DNA of 24,041 nucleotides from a virus (Duplodnaviria; Heunggongvirae; Uroviricota; Caudoviricetes): IMG/VR virus record IMGVR_UViG_2703718827_000006; one strand, 5' to 3'. Shown piece by piece: positions 16,280 to 24,041 of this stretch (position 1 is its first letter; each line of letters starts with the position of its first letter). The notes under the pieces were generated by a model. It saw only the letters and a program-made list of their open reading frames with translations, ran no database searches and was not told where the DNA came from. The position numbers and the translations under genes were made by a program.

Positions 16280-18694
16280 TTAATACAGGTTCCGCCACTT
16301 ATCATCTTCCTTCAGACGCTGGTTCCGATAGAAGATACGCAGGCCTGCTCCTGACGGAATACTGCCACCGCGAAGGAGTAAATCTACCTCTTTCTCGCTG
16401 CCATCAAATCCTCTGGACTTCAGTTCATAGACGAGCTGCTGTCGTTGATGGTCTGTAATTCGCTGTTTGTAGTTTCTACGCCGTTTCGGTTTCACCAGGC
16501 GTAACCTTGCAGCCAGTTCCCGGCGCTCTTTTTTGTTCATACTGTGCAGAAAATCGTGCAACTCCTTGTCATCCATGCGGGTAATATCCGTTCTGGTGTC
16601 CCCATCAGCTGATTTATCTTTCTCCTGTTGGTTCAAATTTTCAGCAAGGGGACAGTTATTGCCACGAGTCCAAGGGGCGCAAGCGCCCTGGTCGGCTACC
16701 GCCTCCTGAACGTCAACGGCTTTACGAACCATTTTCCACTTCACTGCATGAGTGCAGATCTTGCCCTCTGCAATGGGTGACCAGATGCCATAAATACGAA
16801 TGCCGTGATCGCCATAGGCGGTCGGCTCTTCGTTAATTTCATAAGCAGTTCTGATGAGGTGATATTTGCGGGGAACCAGTACGCCACCCTGCTTCATGAT
16901 GTAAGTGGCAAAACAACCAGCATCAGCAGCAGCCAGGATGGCATCAAGGCGCGGGTTATCCAGTACCGGCGCACCTGCTTTTTTGTCGCCCTGTTGCCTT
17001 GCCGCCTGACCAGCCAGCAATCGCAGTTCACGGTAAGCCTGACGCCCCGGAATACCAAAGAAGCGGAATTGCTGAACACGATGCAGAGACGCCCAGGCAT
17101 TAACGTATTCAGCGTTATCACGCAGGGATTTACCCGTTTCCTTGCTGATCTCGCCAGCCAGACCACGCCCGTCAATGTTCTTACTAATGTATTTCGCAAT
17201 GTAGCTTGTCGGCGTTCCTTTGCGCGGGTTTATCAGCTCAGACTTAAAGCGTGGCCCCGTGTTATTGCCCAGCTCCTCGCGGTCTTCACGGATGGCAAAC
17301 TTACGCAACAATGCAGTAATGGCGCGGCGGTCTTTTTTGCGCATGAAACACAACAGGTGCCAGTGAACTGTGCCGTCATGATGCGGCTCAGCCACCCGCA
17401 CGCCATACCAGCGCAACCCGGCTTTGTGCATAGCCTTACGAAATGCAGCAAACATGCCGACCAGATAATCGCTGCTTTGTCTTACTGTCGCGTTGGTCCA
17501 GGTCGGGTTTGGCCTGCCGTTATTTAGCGTGGAATGGAAACGTGACGGACAGGTGATGGTGTAGAAAACGGCGCAGTCACCACGCATTTCCGCGATAAGC
17601 TCCAGGCCTTTAACACAGGCCATCATCTCGTTGCGGCGATGCGCCGGGTTGCTGCTGCTGGCGTTTACCACATCCTCCATGTTCAGCGTGTCGCCGTCTT
17701 CGTTCACCAGTTCATGAGAACGGAAAAACTCCAGCGACTTACGGCGCTGCTCACGTTTATGCATCACGGCTTCATAGCTGACATAGGGAGATGCTTTTTT
17801 GCTGACCAGGCAGACAGCACGCAACTGCTCTTCCCGCCATTCGCAACGCATCTTCCATAATTTCCGATACCACCAGTCGGCGCACAACATACGCGCCAGC
17901 GAACCCGGAATGAGTTCATAAGGCACAGGTTTGCGGCGGTTTCTTTTCCGGCGGAGTTGCTCAAACGCAGGCGGTATGACATCCAGTCGCAGGGTTTCTG
18001 CAGCCACCTTTTCCCATGTCTTGCGGATTTCTTCTGGCTTAACATCATCGGAGGCGTACAAATCACCACAAGCGGCATCAAGACACATGCTCATATGCGC
18101 AGCGACAAGGGTAGACAGGCGTTTCACCTGATCCTGACTCATTTCAGGCAGGATCAGCAGACCGTCCAGCCCCTCATGGCTTGCCATAAAACGAAAAGAT
18201 GCAGATAGCTGGCTGTCGCGTACATGCTCCAGTCGTTCCAGACATGGCTTAATCGTCTCACGCAAATAGCGGGAATAAGCCTTTGGCCTGCCCATGCTGC
18301 TGAAATATTCAATACGTTGCATCAGCGGCTTGCTGATATGGGAAGGCTGGGCGTTGACGTCAGCCAGAATGACCATGTCTGGATTAAAACGCTGCTGCTC
18401 ATGCGCCATCTTTGCCCGGCTAATGAGCTTATCCTGCTCCATTTCGCGTTGGACAGGATCACGGGATTCATTAAAGAAATAATGCTCCCAGACCTGATCA
18501 CTCAGTGCCTCGCGGCGCAGTTGTTCCTGCTCGTTATCGGTAGCGTACAGAGTGATCAGGTTTGAAAGCGCAGAAACCGGCGCAACTTCCGCCGGGTCCA
18601 GATAAGGGTTAATGGCCTTTTTCGGGCTGTTCCATGAGAACGCTGCGGCAGCCTCGTTAAAGCCGCAGCAGTTGTTCATATCGGCATGACTCAT
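16280..18694 (-). CDS. A: Replication initiation endonuclease gpA (rolling-circle Rep, HUH family)
   Basis: 804 aa, ATG start. Contains an HUH-like motif ([11 protein letters not shown]) and a paired-tyrosine motif ([10 protein letters not shown]) as in P2 A-type nickases. Position after the early genes. Confidence 0.88.
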   Translation of the reverse strand: MSHADMNNCCGFNEAAAAFSWNSPKKAINPYLDPAEVAPVSALSNLITLYATDNEQEQLRREALSDQVWEHYFFNESRDPVQREMEQDKLISRAKMAHEQQRFNPDMVILADVNAQPSHISKPLMQRIEYFSSMGRPKAYSRYLRETIKPCLERLEHVRDSQLSASFRFMASHEGLDGLLILPEMSQDQVKRLSTLVAAHMSMCLDAACGDLYASDDVKPEEIRKTWEKVAAETLRLDVIPPAFEQLRRKRNRRKPVPYELIPGSLARMLCADWWYRKLWKMRCEWREEQLRAVCLVSKKASPYVSYEAVMHKREQRRKSLEFFRSHELVNEDGDTLNMEDVVNASSSNPAHRRNEMMACVKGLELIAEMRGDCAVFYTITCPSRFHSTLNNGRPNPTWTNATVRQSSDYLVGMFAAFRKAMHKAGLRWYGVRVAEPHHDGTVHWHLLCFMRKKDRRAITALLRKFAIREDREELGNNTGPRFKSELINPRKGTPTSYIAKYISKNIDGRGLAGEISKETGKSLRDNAEYVNAWASLHRVQQFRFFGIPGRQAYRELRLLAGQAARQQGDKKAGAPVLDNPRLDAILAAADAGCFATYIMKQGGVLVPRKYHLIRTAYEINEEPTAYGDHGIRIYGIWSPIAEGKICTHAVKWKMVRKAVDVQEAVADQGACAPWTRGNNCPLAENLNQQEKDKSADGDTRTDITRMDDKELHDFLHSMNKKERRELAARLRLVKPKRRRNYKQRITDHQRQQLVYELKSRGFDGSEKEVDLLLRGGSIPSGAGLRIFYRNQRLKEDDKWRNLY

Positions 18695-19548
18695 GCACGT
18701 ACTCCGTACACGGCAGAACTATCCACGCCACGCGAATAATCAAATCCCACCCAGCAGCGCGGCCCGGAAACAGCAATGATTTCTGTTGCTGATTTACCCT
18801 CGCCAGCTGCCACACCGATGCTGCGTTTTACCTTGATATAGTGGTGAATAAAATTGCGATACAGCGAACGGATCAGGGATGTGTCACTGTTAGAAACAAT
18901 GACCGGATGTCCTTCTGATGACCGATGTTCAAGAACGGATGCCAGGTGATACTGGTCATCTTCAGTGAAACCATCAGTGTGATAGCCGGAAAACGTACCG
19001 TCATACGGCGGATCGCAATACACCACATCCCCCGCCTTCAACATCGCCAGCGTTTCATCAAAGCTGGCGCAGATAAACGTTGCTCGCTGGGCTTTTTCTG
19101 CAAATGCGCGAATTTCTTTTTCAGGGAAATACGGATTTTTATAATTACCGTAGGGAATGTTGAAATGCCCGCTCTTGTTATAGCGACATAAACCACGGTA
19201 ACCGTGGCGATTGAGATACAGGAAATATACTGCTTTCATGAAATCAGTAATTTCAGTTGAGTAATTAAACTCCTGCCTTATGTTGTAATAAGCCATCTCC
19301 CTGTTTGCGATCTCAAATAAAACTCTGGCGCGAGATATAAACGATTCACAATCAGCGGCAACCTTTTTATAGAGGTTGATTAAATCAGGATTAATATCCG
19401 CAACCAGATAGCTGGGGTAATCCGTCTCCATCATCACAGCACAGGAACCCGCGAAAGGTTCAACCAGTCGCGGGCCAGCAGGAAGGTGTTTTTTCAGTTC
19501 GGACATAATGGCGGTTTTATTTCCCGCCCATTTCAGGATGGTACTCAT
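18691..19548 (-). CDS. dam: DNA adenine methyltransferase (Dam-like, N6-adenine MTase)
   Basis: ORF 18691-19608; start refined to ATG at 19548 ([11 protein letters not shown]...) with GGAGGTG RBS. AdoMet-binding motif (EPFAGSCAV) and catalytic DPPY motif (VYCDPPYDG). Stop overlaps the gpA start. Confidence 0.85.
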   Translation of the reverse strand: MSTILKWAGNKTAIMSELKKHLPAGPRLVEPFAGSCAVMMETDYPSYLVADINPDLINLYKKVAADCESFISRARVLFEIANREMAYYNIRQEFNYSTEITDFMKAVYFLYLNRHGYRGLCRYNKSGHFNIPYGNYKNPYFPEKEIRAFAEKAQRATFICASFDETLAMLKAGDVVYCDPPYDGTFSGYHTDGFTEDDQYHLASVLEHRSSEGHPVIVSNSDTSLIRSLYRNFIHHYIKVKRSIGVAAGEGKSATEIIAVSGPRCWVGFDYSRGVDSSAVYGVRA

Positions 19549-19772
19549 ACAGCACCTCCGTTGTAATGTTTGCCTTTCAGCTCTGCGATTTCCTGACAGG
19601 TAATGCAAAGCTGCACACCTGGAATGGCGCGGCGGCGTGCTGGCGGAATTGGCGCTTCACACTCAATGCAAAGCACGCGGGACACGCCCGGCGTTTTGGC
19701 ACGGGCAGCACGGATATGGCGCTGGCGTTCTTCTTCAACGCGCTGCTGTACGAGATCCATTGCATCAGCCAT
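19545..19772 (-). CDS. TraR/DksA-family C4 zinc-finger protein
   Basis: 75 aa with CxxC...CxxC (CIECEAPIPPARRRAIPGVQLCITCQ); ATG start overlapping the upstream stop (TAATG). P2-family early operons are known to carry such a gene. Confidence 0.7.
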   Translation of the reverse strand: MADAMDLVQQRVEEERQRHIRAARAKTPGVSRVLCIECEAPIPPARRRAIPGVQLCITCQEIAELKGKHYNGGAV

Positions 19773-20005
19773 TAGTGGATCTCCTGCGCTTCGTTCTGGA
19801 TTGCTTCAGCAGTTACACGCAGTAGTTCTGCTGCTTCGACGTGGTTTAGCTGGCGGGATGTGATATGACACGCCAGGCTATCAAGGCGAGCTGCCATTGC
19901 TTCAGCCCTTGCCCGGCGTTCTTCCAGACGAGCCTCTGTCAGTAAAATATTAAGCCCAGCATCATCCGGTCCGGTTTTAGTCGTGAGGGTTTCAATATTA
20001 CGCAT
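19772..20005 (-). CDS. Hypothetical early-region protein
   Basis: ORF 19772-20011 (TTG); ATG at 20005 has an AGGAG RBS 8 nt upstream, giving about 77 aa. Confidence 0.5.
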   Translation of the reverse strand: MRNIETLTTKTGPDDAGLNILLTEARLEERRARAEAMAARLDSLACHITSRQLNHVEAAELLRVTAEAIQNEAQEIH

Positions 20006-20072
20006 AATCAATTCTCCTGAATTTAGATAAAGGGATACCCGGCGGGTTTACGCCATTAATTTCATTAGTTGG

Positions 20073-20414
20073 TTAATTCGGCATGGTTAGCCGTCTGGGA
20101 AATAAGCTCACCACTGCACGAAAATGATTCATTGCTTTAATCAACTCCCGCTTTTCGTCAGTGGTCAGCTCATTAATGCTGATGCTATGACGTTCAGCTG
20201 GAATTTTTGCCATAAAGAATATAGCAGCCAGTGCCCGTTTATTTTGTTCGTTATTGATATCCCGTGGATCACGCATATCTTTAATAAACCGCTCAAGCTC
20301 TGACTCAATATTCAGGCCAAATACTTTCGCCCTTAACTCCGCAATGTGATTAAGTCCATTCAGGCGTTCACCGGGGCTTAATGGAACAGTCGCCGCAGCG
20401 CTTTCAATAGCCAT
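20073..20414 (-). CDS. Hypothetical early-region protein
   Basis: 113 aa ORF with ATG start and weak RBS, same strand as the early operon. Confidence 0.45.
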   Translation of the reverse strand: MAIESAAATVPLSPGERLNGLNHIAELRAKVFGLNIESELERFIKDMRDPRDINNEQNKRALAAIFFMAKIPAERHSISINELTTDEKRELIKAMNHFRAVVSLFPRRLTMPN

Positions 20415-20496
20415 TTATGCATCCCCACAACACATCTACTAAAAAATTTTTGATATGATCCATTACCAACATATTGATAGCTAGAAGGAATCATCA

Positions 20497-20745
20497 ATGT
20501 TGAACCCGGTTGAAAGAGAGCGTATAGAGCAACTTGAAAACGAGATCTCCAGTCTTCGCGATGAGGTTGCTGTTCAACGAATTCTTGTTTCAGGTCTGAT
20601 CCACTCCTTATTTCGAACTGACTCAGCAAATCAATCAGCATTTTTTGAGCTCCTCCGCGAAGAATTAAACAAACTTCCTTTAGGTTCGGTTAAACAACAA
20701 GAATTCACTCATCTGATACAGACACTGATAGATCGTTACCGATAA
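20497..20745 (+). CDS. Hypothetical small coiled-coil protein, opposite in orientation to the early operon
   Basis: 82 aa, ATG with AAGGAA RBS 6 nt upstream. Possible sigma70-like promoter upstream (TTGATA - 17 nt - TATTGA). Heptad-like sequence (RERIEQLENEISSLRDEVAVQRIL). Competes with the minus-strand ORF 20378-20641. Confidence 0.4.
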   Translation: MLNPVERERIEQLENEISSLRDEVAVQRILVSGLIHSLFRTDSANQSAFFELLREELNKLPLGSVKQQEFTHLIQTLIDRYR

Positions 20746-20960
20746 ATATTTCGCCGATAACGTTCAAGAGGTGATGTCTTTATACGCATCACTTCTTGTA
20801 CTTTTTCACCACGTATAAAGGTTCCATCCTTTAGCGTGAAAAAGTAGCTACCATCGCCCGACAACGACGGATAGCAACTGAGCAAATCATCTTCAGGTAC
20901 TGAATAATTCTCCCCTCTGTAACGAAAGTGATAAACCACTTCATTTTCTGCCGCATACAT
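20736..20960 (-). CDS. Hypothetical small protein (position of 186 fil/dhr-type early genes)
   Basis: 74 aa, ATG with GGAG-like RBS; protein-like composition. Overlaps the next ORF in another frame. Confidence 0.45.
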   Translation of the reverse strand: MYAAENEVVYHFRYRGENYSVPEDDLLSCYPSLSGDGSYFFTLKDGTFIRGEKVQEVMRIKTSPLERYRRNIYR

Positions 20961-21127
20961 TTGGACTTTCTCCGTTTCCTCGTGGTCAATTCAGACAGCA
21001 ATTCATCTTGTGAACGGCACGGATGCCAGCGTTTACCATCCTCACCCATGATCCAGCCGTGACCGTAGTGCATTGCCGGGCTTTGTTTTACCAGCAGCGA
21101 TGCAAATGATGGTTCTTTCGTCAGCAT
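20831..21127 (-). CDS. Hypothetical small protein immediately after cII (uncertain extent)
   Basis: ORF 20831-21157; ATG at 21127 (MLTKEPSFASLLVK...). The C-terminal third is Cys/Arg-rich and overlaps the 74-aa ORF by about 130 nt, so the true stop is uncertain. Confidence 0.3.
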   Translation of the reverse strand: MLTKEPSFASLLVKQSPAMHYGHGWIMGEDGKRWHPCRSQDELLSELTTRKRRKSKCMRQKMKWFITFVTEGRIIQYLKMICSVAIRRCRAMVATFSR

Positions 21128-21134
21128 AAGCACC

Positions 21135-21644
21135 TCACAGCAAACCGAATGAAGCACCGAGGCCAGTCACGGTATCAACCGCACTCGCCATCGCAGGATT
21201 AGCCTGTAAACGGGCCTGCAATGAAACAGCAGCCAGCGCCATCAGTCGTGTAACAGAGTTAATGCTGCTGATCGCATCACGACGGCCTGCACTGGTTTTT
21301 ACATCGCCAGAAACCGCACCTGCCGCGACACGCCCTATCTCTGCAGTTGCACTCATGACGTAATGTGGCAGTTTCTCTTTTGCCACCTCATTAATCGGTA
21401 CACATGGCAGACAATGAATCTGTGCCAGAAAACCATCTACCAGCGTTGAATCTTCAGTCAGATCGGTAAGCAGCCAGATTTCTGGTGCGGTTAATAGATG
21501 AGGCTGAGCTGGGTTCAGCTTGTTCCGCAGAATCTGCACATTCATGCCTGCACGTTCTGCCAGTTGCACCAGATTGTGGCGCAGTGCAAATGCACGACAG
21601 GCTTCATCAAAATGTGGATGTTTGGAAACTTGGTAATCAAACAT
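21135..21644 (-). CDS. cII: CII-like transcriptional activator of lysogeny (186 CII family)
   Basis: From ATG at 21644: [62 protein letters not shown]..., 169 aa. Strongly resembles 186 CII as I recall it (MFDFQVSKHPHYDEACRAF...), which is also 169 aa, with an HTH. Confidence 0.8.
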   Translation of the reverse strand: MFDYQVSKHPHFDEACRAFALRHNLVQLAERAGMNVQILRNKLNPAQPHLLTAPEIWLLTDLTEDSTLVDGFLAQIHCLPCVPINEVAKEKLPHYVMSATAEIGRVAAGAVSGDVKTSAGRRDAISSINSVTRLMALAAVSLQARLQANPAMASAVDTVTGLGASFGLL

Positions 21645-21676
21645 GGTCAATGCCTCTGATGTATTTCAGAATCGAA

Positions 21677-21898
21677 CTAACTAAGGTTTAGATTGCATTC
21701 TGAAAGCGCATCAACGGTCATGGCTGCTATGTTGATCATCACTTTTTCGCGTTTTTTATCTTTGCGCAAACGGTGACGGATAAGGCGTCCGTCAGCCAAC
21801 ATGTCATTGATGGTATCGATGGACAGCCCTGTCAGCTCGCTATAGCGCTCAATAGTCACATGAGGCGTGGTAAGAGTGATTGAAATGTTAGGTCTCAT
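21677..21898 (-). CDS. apl: Apl/Cox-like excisionase and switch repressor (small HTH protein)
   Basis: 73 aa, ATG start, first gene of the lytic operon and divergent from cI. HTH-like segment ([24 protein letters not shown]). Confidence 0.7.
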   Translation of the reverse strand: MRPNISITLTTPHVTIERYSELTGLSIDTINDMLADGRLIRHRLRKDKKREKVMINIAAMTVDALSECNLNLS

Positions 21899-22017
21899 GA
21901 TGCAACATTCCTCGTTTAATGATGATTAATCAGGACGAATACGGATCGTTTGTATTTTGTGAACACCATAAACATACGATCGCGCAATGAAATCGTCAAG
22001 ATAAAAGTTCACTTGGA
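21899..22017. promoter_or_regulatory. Lysis/lysogeny switch region (expected pR/pL promoters and CI/Apl operators)
   Basis: 119 bp divergent gap between apl and cI containing short inverted repeats (tacggatcg...cgatcgcg; tttgt...acaaa-like). Promoters are assigned by position only; no operator consensus was verified. Confidence 0.5.
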
Positions 22018-22593
22018 GTGACCATGAATTTGGAGAAAGGCGGACGAGGCGCTATAGAGCGCATGGTAGAAGCTTATGGATTCAAAACTCGACAGGCGTT
22101 GTGCGATCATTTAGGAATCTCTAAAAGTACACTCGCCACACGCTACATGCGTGACTCATTCCCAGCAGAATGGGTAATCCAGTGCGCCCTTGAAACGGGC
22201 ACCTCGCTTAATTGGCTCACAACCGGACATGGTTCAAAGCAAACTTCAGGTAATACAAATACTATGGAAGTTGCTAAATATGTATTATCTGATGGTGCCT
22301 TGCGTGAAGACGGTTTTTATATTTTTGATAAGGGATTTCTACCCTCTACGTTTAAAAAACCTTTTGTCATCACAGATAACAATTCTGAATTTATTTGTGA
22401 TAAAGAATTTGATGATATACGTGATGGTAAATGGGTAATAAGTATTGATGGCGAAGTAACGATCCGTGACATTACTCGTTTACCCGGTGGAAGAATCTTC
22501 GTCGAGGGTGGAAACAGAGCCTTCGAATGTAAGATAGAAGACATTGAAATAATTGGTAAAATTATAAGTTTAACAGTCAAGTATGTTAAATAG
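22018..22593 (+). CDS. cI: CI immunity repressor (186 CI-like: N-terminal HTH plus C-terminal oligomerisation domain)
   Basis: 191 aa (186 CI is 192 aa), ATG with GGAG RBS. HTH (RQALCDHLGISKSTLATRYMRD). Located upstream of int on the same strand. Confidence 0.85.
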   Translation: MTMNLEKGGRGAIERMVEAYGFKTRQALCDHLGISKSTLATRYMRDSFPAEWVIQCALETGTSLNWLTTGHGSKQTSGNTNTMEVAKYVLSDGALREDGFYIFDKGFLPSTFKKPFVITDNNSEFICDKEFDDIRDGKWVISIDGEVTIRDITRLPGGRIFVEGGNRAFECKIEDIEIIGKIISLTVKYVK

Positions 22594-22608
22594 TACCGGG
22601 AGGAAACT

Positions 22609-22800
22609 ATGCTTGGTAAGGTATTTTTTGTGGTTTTGTCATGTTCTTTGTTATTAAACCCACTAACTACCTATGCTAGAAATTATCCCTGCTCAGGGAA
22701 AAAGGGAGGTGTTTCTCACTGTACCTCAGATGGCAAATTCGTTTGCAATGATGGAACTATTAGTAAATCCAAAAAAATCTGTACTAAAAACTCACGATAA
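22609..22800 (+). CDS. Small cysteine-rich secreted protein (candidate lysogenic-conversion gene)
   Basis: 63 aa, ATG with strong GGGAGGAAA RBS. Signal peptide ([23 protein letters not shown]), then six Cys in about 35 residues. Sits between cI and int. Confidence 0.5.
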   Translation: MLGKVFFVVLSCSLLLNPLTTYARNYPCSGKKGGVSHCTSDGKFVCNDGTISKSKKICTKNSR

Positions 22801-22988
22801 CTTTTGCTTTTATATCTGCGTCTAAAATAAAAATGAGCCGCAGGTTAACCGCAAAAGTTACATGCTCACATAGCAAAAAGAATAGCCAACTTCATTATGG
22901 CTTCAGTGAGATGTATGGTCGTAGGATTTCATACATTGACACTGGTTATACATACAGTAAAAATGCTCTCTACTGGAGGGCATTTTTT

Positions 22989-24041
22989 ATGGCAGTACGA
23001 AAACTCACCACAGGGAAATGGCTTTGCGAATGTTACCCCGCCGGACGAAGTGGGCGTCGTGTGCGTAAACAATTCGCCACCAAAGGCGAAGCTCTGGCTT
23101 TTGAGCGTCACACTATGGAAGAAACCGAATCAAAGCCATGGCTGGGCGAATCAGTGGATCGTCGAACCCTGAAAGACGTGGTTGAGCTATGGTTCAAACT
23201 ACATGGTAAATCTCTGACTGCTGGGCAGCATGTCTATGATAAATTGCTGCTGATGGTTGACGCTCTGGGCAACCCTCTTGCAACCGATCTCACCTCTAAA
23301 ATGTTTGCCCACTATCGAGATAAACGCCTGACAGGCGAGATCTACTTCAGCGAGAAATGGAAGAAAGGAGCAAGCCCGGTCACCATTAACCTGGAGCAAA
23401 GCTATCTAAGTAGTGTTTTTAGCGAACTATCCCGTCTGGGCGAATGGTCGTATCCGAACCCACTGGAGAACATGCGAAAATTCACCATCGCAGAAAAAGA
23501 GATGGCATGGCTTACCCATGAGCAGATTGTTGAATTACTGGCTGATTGCAAACGTCAGGACCCAATTCTAGCACTGGTAGTTAAGATATGCTTAAGCACA
23601 GGCGCACGCTGGCGAGAAGCCGTAAATCTTACTCGTTCACAGGTGACCAAATACCGAATTACCTTTGTAAGAACGAAGGGGAAGAAAAACAGAAGCATCC
23701 CTATCAGTAAAGAGCTTTACGAAGAGATCATGGCGCTTGATGGGTTCAATTTCTTCACAGACTGCTATTTTCAATTTTTATCCGTGATGGAAAAAACGTC
23801 TATCGTGCTCCCTCGCGGCCAACTCACACACGTTCTGCGCCATACGTTTGCGGCGCACTTCATGATGTCGGGTGGAAACATTCTGGCCTTACAAAAAATT
23901 CTCGGACACCACGATATAAAAATGACTATGCGTTACGCACATCTGGCACCGGATCATCTGGAAACGGCGCTCCGTTTCAATCCTCTGGCAACGCTGCCAA
24001 GTGGCGACAAAGTGGCGGCAGCGGTTGGCATTACCCCGTAA
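22989..24041 (+). CDS. int: Tyrosine integrase (P2/186 Int family)
   Basis: ORF 22833-24041; start refined to ATG at 22989 (MAVRKLTTGKWLCECYPAGRSGRRVRKQF...), the typical P2-type Int N-terminus. Catalytic motifs present (ARWREA, HVLRHTFA, MRYAHL). Stop codon is the last three bases of the window. Confidence 0.9.
   Translation: MAVRKLTTGKWLCECYPAGRSGRRVRKQFATKGEALAFERHTMEETESKPWLGESVDRRTLKDVVELWFKLHGKSLTAGQHVYDKLLLMVDALGNPLATDLTSKMFAHYRDKRLTGEIYFSEKWKKGASPVTINLEQSYLSSVFSELSRLGEWSYPNPLENMRKFTIAEKEMAWLTHEQIVELLADCKRQDPILALVVKICLSTGARWREAVNLTRSQVTKYRITFVRTKGKKNRSIPISKELYEEIMALDGFNFFTDCYFQFLSVMEKTSIVLPRGQLTHVLRHTFAAHFMMSGGNILALQKILGHHDIKMTMRYAHLAPDHLETALRFNPLATLPSGDKVAAAVGITP

Larger units (their letters stand above)
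1..24041. mobile_element. P2/186-family temperate phage (prophage) segment: tail/baseplate, lysis, capsid, packaging, cargo island, replication and lysogeny modules
   Basis: Gene order and protein sequences match the P2 family synteny H-I-J-W-V-S-R-lysis-X-L-M-N-O/P-Q and A, with 186-type cII/apl/cI/int. Window ends inside the element on both sides (H truncated at left; int stop codon is the last base). Confidence 0.9.

Noticed and set aside
16805-17527. Plus-strand ORF of 240 aa
   Set aside because: Antisense to the replication gene A; no independent support.
20378-20641. Minus-strand ORF of 87 aa with an RBS-like sequence
   Set aside because: Overlaps both the 113-aa minus-strand ORF and the plus-strand 82-aa ORF. 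Its translation is less protein-like than the plus-strand alternative. Not excluded, but not reported as a feature.
1-24041. CRISPR arrays, tRNA or rRNA genes, attachment sites
   Set aside because: No regularly spaced direct repeats or cloverleaf-like segments were noticed by eye. The window ends at the int stop codon, so attL/attR and any tRNA integration target lie outside it. A tRNA scan was not run.

Overview
The whole window is one segment of a P2/186-family (Peduovirus-like) temperate phage, most likely a prophage in an enterobacterial host, read here in inverted orientation relative to the usual P2 map. From left to right: a truncated tail fibre gene H; baseplate genes I, J, W, V; tail completion genes S and R; a lysis cassette (LysC/LysB spanins, LysA, SAR-type endolysin, holin); tail protein X; capsid genes L, M, N, O (all minus strand); then terminase P and portal Q (plus strand). 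Right of Q lies an AT-rich cargo island (about 12.3-16.2 kb) carrying a tightly coupled three-gene operon of unrecognisable proteins (371, 144 and 221 aa), a cos-like sequence, a secreted-protein gene, and a LexA-box-controlled Tum/DinI-like module. This is followed by the replication gene A, a Dam methylase, a TraR/DksA-like zinc-finger gene, small early genes, and a 186-type switch (CII, Apl/Cox, CI) ending in a tyrosine integrase. The best candidate for an undescribed system is the three-gene operon at 12370-14597, which sits in the portal/cos-to-replication position known to be a defence-system hotspot in P2-like phages. All calls rest on reading the six-frame translations and on family knowledge recalled from memory; no database search was run.
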